NCBI GenBank assembly: GCA_010093705.1
Contig: MU006108.1
Location: 328,843-382,737 of the forward strand
Direction of reading: 5' to 3'
Length of the DNA stretch: 53,895 nucleotides
Source of the DNA: Patellaria atrata CBS 101060
Lineage: Eukaryota
Made by a program: the position numbers and the translations under genes
Shown: in pieces, positions 12,598 through 26,667 of the stretch
How positions within the stretch are numbered: the stretch's first letter is position 1
Layout: each line of letters opens with the position of its first letter
Notes under the pieces: model-generated
Told to the model about the DNA's origin: nothing
The model's database searches: none
What the model saw: only the letters and a program-made list of their open reading frames with translations

Positions 12598-15500
12598 GCC
12601 ACTTAAAATAAAAATAATCGAGAAGTATAGCTTCTAAGTTCTTTAAGATCCTATAAAGTAATAATAAAACGCTTTAGGTAGATATTACTATACACGGTAA
12701 GAGAACGATAGCGCTAGTAGATAGCGGCGCCACTAATTCATTCATTTCACCCCGATAGGTAGAAAAGAAAAGTATACTTTATACGAAACTTAAGAACCTA
12801 GTCCTATTACGACTAGAAAATAGCGAAGGAATAGGATATAGACGAGGTCTAATTAACTTTAGGACTATACTAGTAAAAGTTAACGTATAAGGGAAAGTAA
12901 CTACTTAACGTATTCTTATAATCGATTTAAGAGATATAGATATAATTTTAGAGATAGACTAGTTATAAATAATAAACTTAAATATTAACTAGAAGACGAG
13001 AAGTATCTAGATTAACTAAAATATCTTATAAAAGGATAAAGTTAAGCGAATAAGACGTACTAAATAGATAGACGCTAGTATACCCGTAGAACGTATTTCG
13101 TATTATAAGATAATAAAGATTTATAGAAATAAATCTAAAAGTGTAGAAGTAATATAGTTTAAGAAAGTAGACGTTAAAAAGGTTTCTAAAGAATCTAAGA
13201 TACTTAAAGAATATAGCGAGTTTAAAGATTTATTTAAGAAAGATATAGCGACTATACTTCCAGATCACTAGACGTGAGATCACGAAATAGTGCTAAAAGA
13301 GAGTACGAAACTACGACCCGGTCTAATTTACCCGTTAATAAGGGAATAATATAAAGCACTTAAAGAATATATCTACACTAACTTAGAAAAAGGATATATA
13401 TAATCTAGCGAAAATTTAATAGCTTCACCGATTCTATTTATACTAAAGAAGAATAGTAAGTTAAGATTATATATTAACTATAAATAGTTAAACGACGTTA
13501 TAATTAAGAATAAATATCCACTACCCTTAATCTTAAAAATCTAAGATAGATTATAAAGAGTAAAATAGTTTACGAAATTCGATATCCGAGATAGTTACTA
13601 TCGAATTAGAATAAAAGAAGGCGAAAAATGGAAGATAGTTATAAGAATAAGATTTAAACTATATAAATATATAGTAATACTATTTAGCTTAACTAACGCC
13701 CTAGTAACGTTCTAAGTAATAATTAATTACGCACTAAAAGAATATTTAGACGTATTTATAACTACTTATCTAGATAATATACTAGTATATATAAATGGAA
13801 CACTCGAAAAGTATAGAAAGTATATAAAGAAAGTATTAATGAAACTATAAGAAAAAAGACTTCTAGTACACCTAAATAAATATAAATTCTATATTAAAGA
13901 AACGAAATTCCTAGACTTTATCGTTACCACTAAAAACGTACGAGTAGACTTAAAAAAGATAGCTATAATCTAAGATTAGTCGATACTAAAGAACGTTAAA
14001 AATATATAATCGTTTCTAGGTTTCGCGAACTACTATAAGAAATTTATCTAAAGGTATTTAAAGATAATAACGTCGCTATTAGAATTAATAAAGAAGGAAA
14101 ATACCTTTATTTAGATAAAGAAGGTCTAGAAAATATTCGATAAACTTAAAAAGAAGTTCACTATAACACTTATCTTAGTTATATTTAACCTAGAGAAATC
14201 GATAGTGCTAGAAACTAATATATCTAATTATATATTAAGTGTATATATAAGTTAGCTAGATAAGAAAGGACGACTATATTTAATAATCTTTTATTTATAA
14301 AAGTTTATAGCTATAGAGCTAAACTATAACGTACACGATAAAGAATTATTAGCAATTATCGATATATTCGAATAGTGAAGGTTATACCTTAAAGGATCTA
14401 AGTACACTATAAAAGTTTAATTAAATCACTAAAACCTAATAAACTTCCTCACGATAAAAAAGTTAAATCGAAGATAAGTAAGATAGACGGAAACACTTAT
14501 ATCCTTTAACTTCAAAATATTTTATAGACTAGAAGTCGAAAATAAACTAGCCGATATTATAAGTAGAAGATCTAACTATTTAAAAGGAACGAAATTAGTA
14601 TATAACACGGTACTAAAGAAAGAAAACGACGCGATCACCTATAATTAACTAAAATTAGCTATAATGCTAATAATCGAATCTATAAGAGAATAATAAATTC
14701 GTAATACCTATTAGAAGAATAGTATAATAGAGGAGTTCTAAAGGAATAATAACCTTAAGATAATATAAATAGCTTAAGAAATATAGCTATATAATAGGCT
14801 TATATATATACTAACGATACTACGAAAGACCCTTACTAAAGAAATCCACGAAGCACTAGTATATAATCACTAAGGTATTAATAAAACTTTAGAAAGGATT
14901 CTAAGGAATTACTATTTCCTAGAAATAAGAAGTATAATAAAGTAAGTTATCTTAGAATATAATAACTATATATAGAATAAAAGTGTAAAACACGTATCTT
15001 ATAGACGGATATAATATATTAAACCACTAAAGCGAGTATAGAACTTAATAACGATAGACTTTATTATAGATTTATTAGAATCTAAAGATTTAATAATAGG
15101 AGTAAAGTACGACGCGATATTAGTTATTATAGAACGACTAATAAAGTTCACCTACTTTATACTAGTAAAGACGACGATAATAGCATTATAAGTAGTAGTA
15201 TTAATAATGAAAATAATACTAATAAATCACTAGATACCGAGAGAAATTATCTTAGATAGGGATAAACTATTTAAATTAATGTTTTAGTAGACTCTAGTAT
15301 AAAGTTTAGAGGTAAACTATAAGCTATTAATAAGCTTCCACCTATAAATAGATAGCTAAACCGAGAGAATAAATTAATCTCTAAAGTAATACTTACGTAA
15401 TTATATAAATTACTAGTAGAATAATTAGGTAGAGCTATTACTAATAGTATAATTCGTATATAATAACGCGAAATCCGATATTATAAAGGTTTCACCCTTT

Positions 15501-16235
15501 TATATAAACTATAGTTTTAAACTAGAAGTATATCGTGAGTCGAGAATAGTTTAGAGCATTTTATAGGAAGTAACGTTAAAAGTCGAGTAAATTAAGAAAT
15601 TACACGTATAGCTATCACGAGATATAGCTTTCTAGACGATAAAGGCTATAAAGTATAGTAACTAGTATAGATCGCTAAAACCGATCTTTAAAAGAGGGAA
15701 TAAAGTTTACTTATTATAGAAAAATCTTAAAATAAAATAACCTAATAAGAAACTAGACTATAAGAAAATCGGCCCCTTTAGAATTAAATAGGTTAAAGGA
15801 GAAGTTAATTATAAATTAGAATTACTATAAGGAATAAAGATATATTTAGTTTTCTATATATCACTTCTAAAACTAGTATATACTAACGCTAAACTCTAAA
15901 TAAGACTTATAGAACTTAAGAAGGGAGATATCTATAAGATAAAATAAATCCTAAACCTATAATAAATAAATAATTAGTATAAGTATTTAGTAAAATGGAA
16001 AGGCTATAAATATATAGATAATACGTGGGAACTATTTAAGTATTTAACGAACTATAATTAAAAACTTAAATAGTTTTATCGTTAAAACTAGGGAATTCTA
16101 GACCCTCGAGGGTAAAGAAATCTAGATTAGACTAATTAAAGAGAGATACGATAGCGGAGGAAGAAGAAGCGACTAAGGAAACTCGCTATCTTTTAATTAT
16201 CTATTTTAAAGCCTTAAGTTCCTCGATAAAACTAA
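12590..16235 (+). pseudogene. pol: Family B pol (protease, RT, RNase H, integrase, chromodomain), RIP-disrupted
   Basis: ALVDSGATNSFIS at about 12711-12749; YLDNILV (YLDD) at about 13767; [11 protein letters not shown] at about 14326; chromodomain YLVKWKGY..NTWE at about 15984-16031. Confidence 0.92.
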
Positions 16236-16605
16236 GCTTACGATAAATTATTTCGCCCTCCTTCTAATCGAGAAGTTAAAGCTACTATATTAATCGCTTC
16301 TTACGAGCGAAAGTCTCTAATATCCGGGCGTGTACGTTATTACGGGAAACTCGCGCCTTAACGAGCTTATAACGAAACTTAAATCGCGAAGCGTTTAGCT
16401 TATCCTAATCCTTTTATATCACTATAAGGTCGTATTTTAAACCACGAGCCACACACTTAGAATAGAAACCGGAAGAAAGATCGAGACGGTAAATACGAGA
16501 CTAACGATAATAAGTTGAATAGGGAGTAGGTATTAGTCGACTAGAGGATATAATTTAGGCTATAAGACGCCGATAACGAACTATATAAGATTTAGTTTAA
16601 GGTAT
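16036..16605 (-). pseudogene. RIP-inactivated copy of the antisense Zn2Cys6-type gene in B1
   Basis: 570-bp reverse-complement match to 26668-27237; start ATG changed to ATA, several Cys codons changed to Tyr, and internal stops. Confidence 0.88.
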
Positions 16606-16720
16606 CTTAGAAGAAAGGAAAGAGAGATACGTACGACTTAATAGATAGATAATACGTCTACTTTATATCTAAGTAAAGGGAATAAACTCTTAAGATAAGA
16701 GTTAAAAAAGGGAAGGATAG

Positions 16721-17190
16721 TGTTATAGCTATAAGTTATAGGAATATATAAATAATAAATGAGGGAAAAGTAGAAATATCACTTAAAAGAACTATAGATA
16801 AAACTAGTAATAAGGGATCACGTGACTAGAAACTATAAACGTAAAGGATATAAAGGATATAAGAGAGGATCCACGTTCACTATATTTAGGACGTCTAGGT
16901 TATAGACGTAATAGATATAAAGAATATAGAAGAAGATCCACGTCTAGAATAATCACTATATCTAAAAAAATGTAAGCACCTTAAATTAACTATAAAGAAT
17001 AGGAATATTTAAGGATAGTCTTTCCCTTATATATTTAGATTTTTCGTAGTTATTCTTACTATTAATCTTATCTATAGATTTAAATATTATAGTTTTAAAC
17101 TTAACTTCACTTATTATACTATTTCTATATAGTACGTCTTATCTTATTATAAGCGGTACCTAAAGTTAAGGAGTTAGCGAGTTATATCGA
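16721..17190 (+). repeat. B1 3' LTR, first 470 bp (preceded by a polypurine tract)
   Basis: Starts TGTTATAGC after AAAAAAGGGAAGGATAG; 470 bp plus 140 bp at 23930-24069 gives 610 bp. Confidence 0.92.
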
Positions 17191-17716
17191 TATAACGATA
17201 TATTATAATACTAATCCCGTATTTCCTATACTAAGTGTTTAGTTTATTTGTAAGAGATCTTTACCGGGTTAGACGCGGAAAAGATCTCTAAACGCTAATT
17301 AGTTAAATAGAAGATAGTCAGGCTAAGGCTTAGTAAAGCGGGACTATTATATATAGATATTCGGCCCACGATATTATTATTTCTTAACTTAATCTCTATA
17401 CTTAATAGTTAGTAATAGAGATAGTTAAAATACGATTACTATAGCTATACTATATTATTACACTAGATTAAGTTCACCTTTAACGGCCTCTAGAAAGGCG
17501 ATATAATATTCTAACCGGAGCACGATATTAGTCTAGCTAATAAACGATTATCGGACTAATCGGGAATCTATAAGTAGCTAAGCTCTACTAGTAATAAGAT
17601 ATTCGGTGCCTAAAAGTATTAACGCCGACGATAACGACGACCTAATACTTAAAAGAGATTAGGACTAACGAATACGAATTACTTAGAGAAGTAAATATTA
17701 TAGTAAACTAAATAAG

Positions 17717-19177
17717 ATAGTTAAACCTTTAGTAACCTTAACGAAGTAGATAGGTAACGAGTTAACTATAAATTTAGAAGTAGAGAGTAGTATCGGATTA
17801 AAAGAAAAAGGAAAAATGCACCGATATAAATTGACGCTAGAAGTGATCGACTAGTAGATTACTAACGATATTCTAGAAGCGGATCTATAGAACCTACTAA
17901 GAGAAATCCCCGGAATAATAGAAGAAGGGAAGCCTCTTAGATATACCGCTATTATAGACGATCGAAACGCCGATATAATCGACGGAGCGAAGGAATAAGT
18001 AGCTAAAAACCTAGACTAATTCGTAACGGAGTATCTCTATACGAGAGCGAAGCTTATAACTCGAGAGATATAACTCGAAAAGATAGTAAACCTTATTAAC
18101 GAGATAACGCCCGATTTATAGCTAAAGCTATAAGTATACTAAGCGAACGAAGAAGCTATAGAACGCCTCTAGGACGAAATCGATAATTTAAAGAGGTAGA
18201 TTAAGTAGTCTAAACTAGACTAAAAAAGCGTCTAGTTCGATGACGAATTTAACGACGAAGAACTATTAGCACTATATAGTCGTAACGATCGAGCTAGAAT
18301 AGTCGACTTAACCGGAAGCTTTAGAAGTAGAGGCGATAATAAGATAAAGAAGTTCCCTAATCCACTAGAACTAACCGATAGTAAGAAACTAATCTATAAG
18401 GAGTAGAAGAGTAAGATAAACGATAAACTCCACGTTAATAGCGACTAATTCTAAGACGAAAGGGCGAAGACTACCTATATTAAGACACGGATTAGTGGCG
18501 AGGTAGCTAAATATATATACCCTTTCTTAGAATCGGAGGAGGACGACGTAACCTTAATAAGGCTAATAAGATTTCTAGACTAGATCTATAAGGACCTAAA
18601 TAGGCGACTAAAAGTTAGAGATAAACTAAAGAAGTTAAGGTAAGGCTATCTAGCGGACTTTCCGAAGTTCTAGTCTACGTTTATCCGGCTAGCTAATAAA
18701 GCTAGGTTATCACGCGACTAGTGGAAAGAGGAACTCTATAATAGACTCTACGATAGTCTAAGGCTAATAATAGCGGAAGCCGTAAGTAACGACGAAATTA
18801 GCTTCTAAAAGTACTATAATAAAGTCACGATATAGGCACGAGAGCTAGAAAGGTTAGGTAAAGCTAGTAAGGCCCGTAAAGAAAGTTAGAAGCGTGGTAA
18901 ACCGACTAGAATAACTTCTATCTTAATAACGACGAATAGAACTTTATACCGATTAGGGAGCGGAGGAACCACCTCACCTATAACACTATAAGTGACGGAG
19001 TAGACTATAACTATTCGGAAGTTTACGGGTAACTACTTTAACTACGGTAAGGCCGGATATAGAGCGTTAAAATGCCGGGGACTAAAGAAGATAACCAAAG
19101 TAAAGTTAGTCTAGAAAGACGAGTATTAGAGCTTAAAGTTAGATTTAAGGTTAGATTTAGAAAACGAGAAACCCTAA
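17717..19177 (+). pseudogene. gag: Family A gag of A2
   Basis: 1461 bp, colinear with the A1 gag; RIP stops. Confidence 0.88.
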
Positions 19178-22100
19178 ATAAAGACTCCGTATTAGGGCTA
19201 ATAGTAGGAGTATTAATAACACTAATCAGCGATCCGGTATTAGAAAAGCTATTCACAATACCGTACCGAATCTCGAAGAACGGAATCGTAATATAGCTTA
19301 GAGCTCTAATTGATACTAGAGCTTAAGAGTATACCTTACTAAATAAGAGATAGCTACCCGCTCTAAAATAACGTCTCGGAATCGAAGTTAGAAAGATAGA
19401 CTAGGAGATTAAAGTTAATACCTTTAATAATTCGAAGGTAGCACTAATTAACTAAGTACTCGAGGCGAGCCTCGTAATTAGAGGACGAAGGTGGCTAACA
19501 CCGATTATAGTAATAGATACGGGCTATAATAATATACTTATAGGTAAGAAGTGGTTCTTTAAGACTAATAGCCTACCTAATTATAGGCACTATCGGATTA
19601 TTTAGCCGGAATAAGCTACTACAGTTAAAGACTAATAACGAGATATCGTGATTCCGAAGAGCGAGCTACAAATCTAAATTAACCTATAGCACTAATTCGA
19701 TATAGAACGACGAGATAAAGCTATCGATAAACGAGAATATAACCGATAGAAAGTATTAGTTAACTAGAGGAGGAAACCGTAACTATTCTAATAAAAGTAA
19801 CCGAGTTTATAGGCTAAGAATATCGGCTCCGATCTTCGAAAGATAAAATTAGAACTATCGGACCTAACGAAGAGAGAGACGCCGGAACTCTCTAAAAAGC
19901 TAAAGCCGAAGTCGAGTAAACGGGTTAATATTACTAGGATCTATATAGATATCTACTTAGTTAGCGGAGAAAACTACCTAAGGAACGTAAAGCGTAAAGA
20001 CGTCGTTATAGATACTATAAGTCTATACGAGATTAACTCCTTAATATAAGATCGACTCTCAGAAGACGAAAACCCTCTAGACGAAGATAAAGACGCTTAT
20101 AGAGCGATAATCTACGAAAAGTTACCTAAGGAATATCACCACTTAGCCCACGTATTCTCGAAATCTATATCCGATAAGCTACTACCGCTTAGAGAAGACG
20201 TAGACCACAATATAGTATTAGACTAAGATAGTAATCTTACTACTAGCCCCTTATATAATATACCTATCGAATATTTATAGCTAGTAAAGGACTATCTAAA
20301 GGAGCACCTTTAGAAGGGGTTTATCGTTCCGAGCGAGGCACTATACGCGTCTCTAATATTATTCGCTAAGAAGCTAGGGGGAGGTTAAAGATTCTACGTT
20401 AACTATAGAAAGCTAAATAGTATTACTAAGAAGGATAAATATCTATTACCTTTAATCGAAGAAACACTAGCGCGCCTTCGACGAGTAAAGATATTTATAA
20501 AACTTAACGTAAGATAAGTATTCTATTAAATCTAGATAAAGGAGTTAGCCGAAGATCTTACCACCTTCCGAACGAGATATAGATCGTTTAAGTATAAGGT
20601 ACTACCTTTTAGGTTATATAACGGCCTAGCCTCGTTCTAATAATTTATTAATAAGGCGCTTTTCTAATACCTAGACGACTTCTATATAGTATATATTAAC
20701 GATATACTAATCTACTTTAAGTGCCCACTAGAGCACTAGACCCACGTCGCGAAAGTGCTAGAAGCACTAGCTAAGGCCGGCCTATAAGCCGATATTAAGA
20801 AAAGCGAGTTCCACGTAATAAAGATAAAGTTCCTCGGCTTTATTATTAGTACTAACGGAATAGCGATAGATCTAGAAAAGACTAAAATAATCCGAAACTA
20901 GAAGTTACTAATAAACGTAAAGAGGATCTTATCGTTTAACGGATTCTATAACTTCTACCGGAAGTTCCTAGAGAAATTCGGACGAGTTATACGACTATTG
21001 ACGATACGGATATGAAAAGGGGTTTGGAAACCACTTAGATAGAAAGAAGAAGAGGTATTTAAGAAAGTAAAAGAGCTAATTCTATTAGATTAAGTGTTAA
21101 CGCACTATAACCCTCTACTCGAGACGAAAGTCGAGTCCGACTATAGTGACGGGGTTATTATAGTAGTTATATTATAGCTCTACGGACACGTCTAAAGGCT
21201 AGTTACCTTCTAGACTAAGACGTTATCGGAGATAGAACTAAGGTACGAAATCCACGATAAGGAAATACTAGCCGTGGTAAGAGCACTAGCCGAGTGGAGA
21301 AGTATATTAGTAAGGCTATAGCAAGTTCCCTTCACTATAATCACTAACTATAGAGCACTAGAATACTTTACTATAAAATAGTTACTCAATACTAGATAAA
21401 CCCGATAGAGTAAAGCTCTCTCTAATTTCCACTTCCGAATCACGTATTAGCCCGGAGCCTAAAACGTCGTGGTAGACACACTCTCCCGTAAATAAGAAGA
21501 CCTAAAGATAGCGAAAGATAAAAATATTACGATACGGACCTAAGTGTTAATCGACCTAAATATAATAGTAGCACCTCTTCGGCTCTTAATAAAATAATAA
21601 CTACTACTTAAGAAGATATCTTAGAGTAATAAGAAATATATAATCTCTAGAGAGAAAGTGGTAGAAAAGTACGCTCTAAAGTTAGGACCCGGGACCCGGG
21701 TGGCGGTAGCCGAGGTGGCGATAGCCGAGCCTTTATAGGGGACGGAGGGAGCCGAAGCTTAGGACTAAGAGTCTATAATAACTAAAACCTTGAAAGGGAG
21801 GAATAATATATTAAAGAAGTGTATTAACCCCGACTTTAGGCTAGGGCCCACGTCTATCCACTCTATAATTCCCACTATAACTGAAAAAGAAAAGGAAGTT
21901 AGGTATAAGGTAGAAGAAAGGGAAGATATACCTATAAATTTAAAGCGGTATATTTAAAACGAGCCCGATCGGAAATAAGAGCCGCTAGTAACGTACTTAC
22001 TAATAGATCGAATATTAAAAGCGAACCGGAAGTATAACTCTTTATCGGTATATCGAAAGTAAGTCGAAGCTAAAGAGAGGCACTAGAAACTATAAAATAG

Positions 22101-23574
22101 CCTACTTATTAGATTTAGTAGACTTATAGTCCTAGACGTGGATAATCTTAGAACGTATCTAATACGAGACGTGTATAACGCACTAGTTATAGGATATCTA
22201 GGAACTAGGAAGACGAAAGAACTAATTCGAGCGCGATACTACTAACCCGGATTAGTAGCTAATATAGATAGATATATCCGGAACTATCACACTTATCGTC
22301 GGACGTATACACTAAGAGATAAAACCCCCGGTTTACTAAAATCACTACTAATCGGAGATAGATATTAGTAACACGTCGCCTTCGACTTTAAATCGTTCCC
22401 TAAGGACACGCACGGATTCGAAATAGCGTTTATAGTAGTAGATCGACTAGGAAAGAGAGCGATCTCACTCCCCTATACTAAAGATATCTCGGCTAAGGTA
22501 GCCGTAAAGCTATATTATAAACACGTATAGCGGATATACGGTATACCGGAGATAGCGATATTAGACCGTAGTCTATAGTTTATTTCTATATTTATAGATA
22601 AGCTTTATAAACTAATAAAAGTGAAATAGAAGCTATCTATAGCTTACCACTTATAGACGAACGGAGATACGGAGATTATTAACTAGTATATAGATTTATA
22701 GCTCCGGCCCTTTATAAACCATTATTAGAGTAATTAGTTAGAGTTACTACTTATAGTAGACTTTACCTAGGCCACGTTAGTCTATAAATTAACGGGTATT
22801 TCCCCTTACGAGTTAGAATTCGGTTACTAACTACGAATACATTTCGACTAGTAAGAGCGGATAGATCTCGACGTATATAAGATAGTCCGAGAAAAGATAA
22901 GTAGAGAGGAAGCTTAACTATTCACGAAACACACCCACGACGCCGTTAAATAGGCGAGGAATAACCTAGAAAAGGTATAAGTAATATAGATAAAGTCGGT
23001 TAATAAGTATCGGAGAGAACTAGACTTCGGACTAGGAGACTACGTCTTTATCTTATATAAAGGCTAGATATCGGATAGATCGAGTGTTAAACTAGATTAT
23101 TAGAACGTAGGTCTATATAAGATAATAGAAATAAAGAGGCACTCTTATATAATCGACTTACCCACTAATATAAAGATATCGAACGTATTCTACGTAGATA
23201 GGCTTCGTAAAGCACCGATAAACCCGTTACCCGGATAACGGCTAGAACCATCACCGCCGATCGAAATAGACGGCGAGCCCGAATATAAAGTAGATAAGAT
23301 CCTAGTAAGCCGTATCTCTCGCGGTAAGTTATAGTATAAAGTAAGTTAAATCGGATACGACCCTAATAAGATATAGTATCCGGCTTATAACTTTATCGGA
23401 GCACCGTATAAGCTCGAAGAATTCTATAATTAGAGATTAATCGACGCCGGACCACTAGTCTAACTTAAAGAATAGCTCTAAGCCTTTAGATCTAAGATAG
23501 AAGTAGAGCCGTACGACGATAATAATATAGCTAAAAAGACGGGGCCTATATAGATTTTAAGACGTCGTAAATAG
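19160..23574 (+). pseudogene. pol: Family A pol (protease, RT, RNase H, long linker, integrase, chromodomain)
   Basis: ALIDTRA (LIDTGA) at about 19303-19323; VYINDILIY at about 20689; YEIHDKEILAVV at about 21244; integrase core about 22370-22830; chromodomain EYKVDKILVSR at about 23281-23430. Confidence 0.92.
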
Positions 23575-23929
23575 ATAATAGATCGCGTTATAGAACGCTA
23601 CTAATATTATCACGGAAATTGGGGCCGATTTCTACTATTAAGGGGGGGGTAATATAACGACGTGTCACGATACTAATCCCGTATTTCCTATACTAAGTGT
23701 TTAGTTTATTTATAAGAGATCTTTACCGGGTTAGACACGGAAAAGATCTCTAAGCGCTAATTAGTTAAACGGAAAATAGTCGGGCCGAGGCTTAGTAAGG
23801 CGGGACTATTATATACGAATATTCGGCTTATAATATTATTATTCCTTAACTTAATCTCTATACTTAGTAGTTAATAATAGAGATAGTTAAAATATAATTA
23901 CTATAGCTATACTATATTATTATAATCGA

Positions 23930-24069
23930 TAACTTAAAGTGCCTTTATTATATATATCCTATCACTTTACTAAACCTATCTTTATAGTTAATCACGTTAA
24001 GTGAGAAGTTAAGCGTGTTTCTAGACTTATCTAGTTCCGTCTTAATAAGTATAGACTCCCGTTATAACA
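23930..24069 (+). repeat. B1 3' LTR, last 140 bp
   Basis: Matches 10369-10508 and ends in CCCGTTATAACA. Confidence 0.92.
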
Positions 24070-26605
24070 CTCTAATAAGTAAAGATATTTACGAAACTTA
24101 ATATAAGATAAATATTCTACTAAATTTAGATAAAAAAGTTAGTCGAAAATCTTACTATCTTTTAAATAAAATATAAATTATTTAAGTATAAGGTATTATC
24201 TTTTAAATTATATAATAGTTTAGCCTTATTTTAATAATTTATTAATAAGGCGCTTTTCTAATATTTAAATAACTTCTATATAATATATATTAATAATATA
24301 TTAATTTATTTTAAGTATTTATTAGAGTATTAAATCTATATTATAAAAGTATTAAAAGTATTAATTAAGACCGGTTTATAAGATAATATTAAGAAAAACG
24401 AGTTTTATATAATAAAAATATAATTTCTTAGCTTTATTATTAGTATTAATAGAATAACGATAAATTTAGAAAAGATTAAAATAGTTTAAAACTAATAATT
24501 ATTAATAAATATAAAAGAAATTTTATTATTTAATAAATTTTATAACTTTTATTAAAAGTTTTTAGAGAAATTTAGATAAATTATATAACTATTAATAATA
24601 TAGATATAAAAAGAGATTTAAAAACTATTTAAATAAAAAGAAGAAGAGATATTTAAGAAAATAAAAAAGTTAATTCTATTAGATTAAATATTAATATATT
24701 ATAATCCTCTATTTAAGATAAAAGTTAAGTCTAACTATAATAATAAGATTATTATAGTAATTATATTATAACTTTATAAATATATTTAAAGGCTAGTTAC
24801 CTTCTAGACTAAGACGTTATTAGAGATAAAATTAAGATATAAAATCTATAATAAAGAAATATTAGCTATAATAAAAGCACTAGTCGAGTAAAGAAGTATA
24901 TTAATAAAGTTATAATAAATTTCCTTTACTATAATTATTAATTATAAAGTATTAAAATATTTTACTATAAAATAGTTACTTAATATTAGATAAGCTTAAT
25001 AAAATAAAGTTTTCTTTAATTTTCACTTCTAAATTATATATTAACTTAAAGCTTAAAATATCGTAATAAATACGTTTTCTCGTAAATAAGAAGATCTAAA
25101 AATAGTAAAAAATAAAGATATTATAGTATAAACCTAAATACTAATTAATTTAAATATAATAATAGTATCTTTTTAGCTCTTAATAAAATAATAACTATTA
25201 TTTAAGAAGATATCTTAAAGTAGTAAGAAATATATAATCTTTAAAAAGAGAATAATAGAAAAGTATACTTTAAAGTTAAAGTTTAAGGCCCGGATAGTGA
25301 TAACTAAAATAGCGATAACTAAATCTTTATAAGGGATAAAGAAAATTAAAACTTAAAATTAAAAATCTATAATAATTAAAATCTTAAAAGAAAGAAATAA
25401 TATATTAAAAAAGTGTATTAATTTTAATTTTAAACTAAAGTTTATATCTATTTACTTTATAATTTCTATTATAACTAAAAAAGAAAAGGAAGTTAAATAT
25501 AAGATAAAAAAAAGGAAAAATATATTTATAAATTTAAAGTAATATATTTAAAATAAGTTTAATTGAAAATAAAAGTTACTAATAATATACTTACTAATAA
25601 ATTAAATATTAGAAGTGAACTAGAAATATAATTCTTTATTAATATATTAAAAGTAAATTAAAGTTAAAGAAAAATATTAGAAACTATAAAACGATTTATT
25701 TATTAAATTTAATAGATTTATAGTTTTAGATATAAATAATTTTAGAATATATTTAATATAAGACGTGTATAACGCACTAATTATAGAATATCTAGAAATT
25801 AAGAAGACGAAAAAACTAATTTAAATATAATATTATTAACTCGAATTAGTAGCTAATATAGATAGATATATCCGAAACTATTATATCTATTATCGGACGT
25901 ATATATTAAAAGATAAAATCCTCGATTTACTAAAATTATTATATTATAACGGAAGTTTATACTTATTAAGACGGAACTAGATAAATCTAGAAACACGCCT
26001 AGCTTCTTATTTAACGTGGTTAACTATAAAGGTAGGTTTAGTAAAGTGATAGGATATATATAATAAAAGGCACTTTAAGTTATCGGTATAATTTACTAAC
26101 TTCTTAACTTCGAGTAATACTCTTAAAGAGATAAGACGTACTATATAGAAATAATATAATAAGTGAAGTTAAGTTTAAAACCGTAATATCCAAATCTATA
26201 GGTAAGATTAATAGTAAGAATAACTACGAAGAATCTAAATACATAAGAGAAAGACCGTCCTTAAATATTCCTATCCTCTATAGTCAATTTGGGGTGCTTA
26301 CACCCTTTTGGACGTGGTAGCCGTTCTAGACGTGGATCTCCTTCTACGTCCTTCACGTCCACTACGTCCATAACCTGGACGTCCTAGACGCGGTGGACGT
26401 GGATCCCCTCTCGCGTCCTTTGCGTCCATTGCGTCCACAGTTTCTAGTCACGTGACCCCTTGTTACTGGTTTCATCCGTGGTTCTCCCGAGTGGTGTTCC
26501 TACTTTCCCCTCACTCGTTGTCTGCATGTTCCTATAACTTGTGGCCGTAACACTATCCTCCCCCTTCTCAACTCTTGTCCCAAGAGTTTATTCCTTTTGC
26601 TTGGG

Positions 26606-26667
26606 TATAAAGTAGACGTGTTGCCCACCTATCAAGTCGTACGCACCTCCTTTTCCTTTCTTCTAAG
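26606..26667 (+). promoter_or_regulatory. Putative core promoter of the antisense gene
   Basis: TATAAA at 26606-26611, pyrimidine-rich tract at about 26646-26664, and AAG-ATG start context (A at -3). Confidence 0.5.

Larger units (their letters stand above)
17191..23924 (+). mobile_element. Gypsy/chromovirus family A, copy A2: uninterrupted full-length element (6734 bp)
   Basis: TSD ATCGA at 17186-17190 and 23925-23929; 272-bp LTRs at 17191-17462 and 23653-23924; PPT AAGGGGGGGG at 23640-23649. Confidence 0.96.
9899..24069 (+). mobile_element. Gypsy/chromovirus family B, copy B1: full length, 3' LTR interrupted by A2
   Basis: TSD CTCTA at 9894-9898 and 24070-24074; 610-bp LTRs; gag-PR-RT-RH-IN-chromodomain order. 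Confidence 0.95.

Noticed and set aside
19038..19296. ORFs 19038-19256 and 19072-19296
   Set aside because: Chance open stretches around the A2 gag/pol junction, not separate genes.
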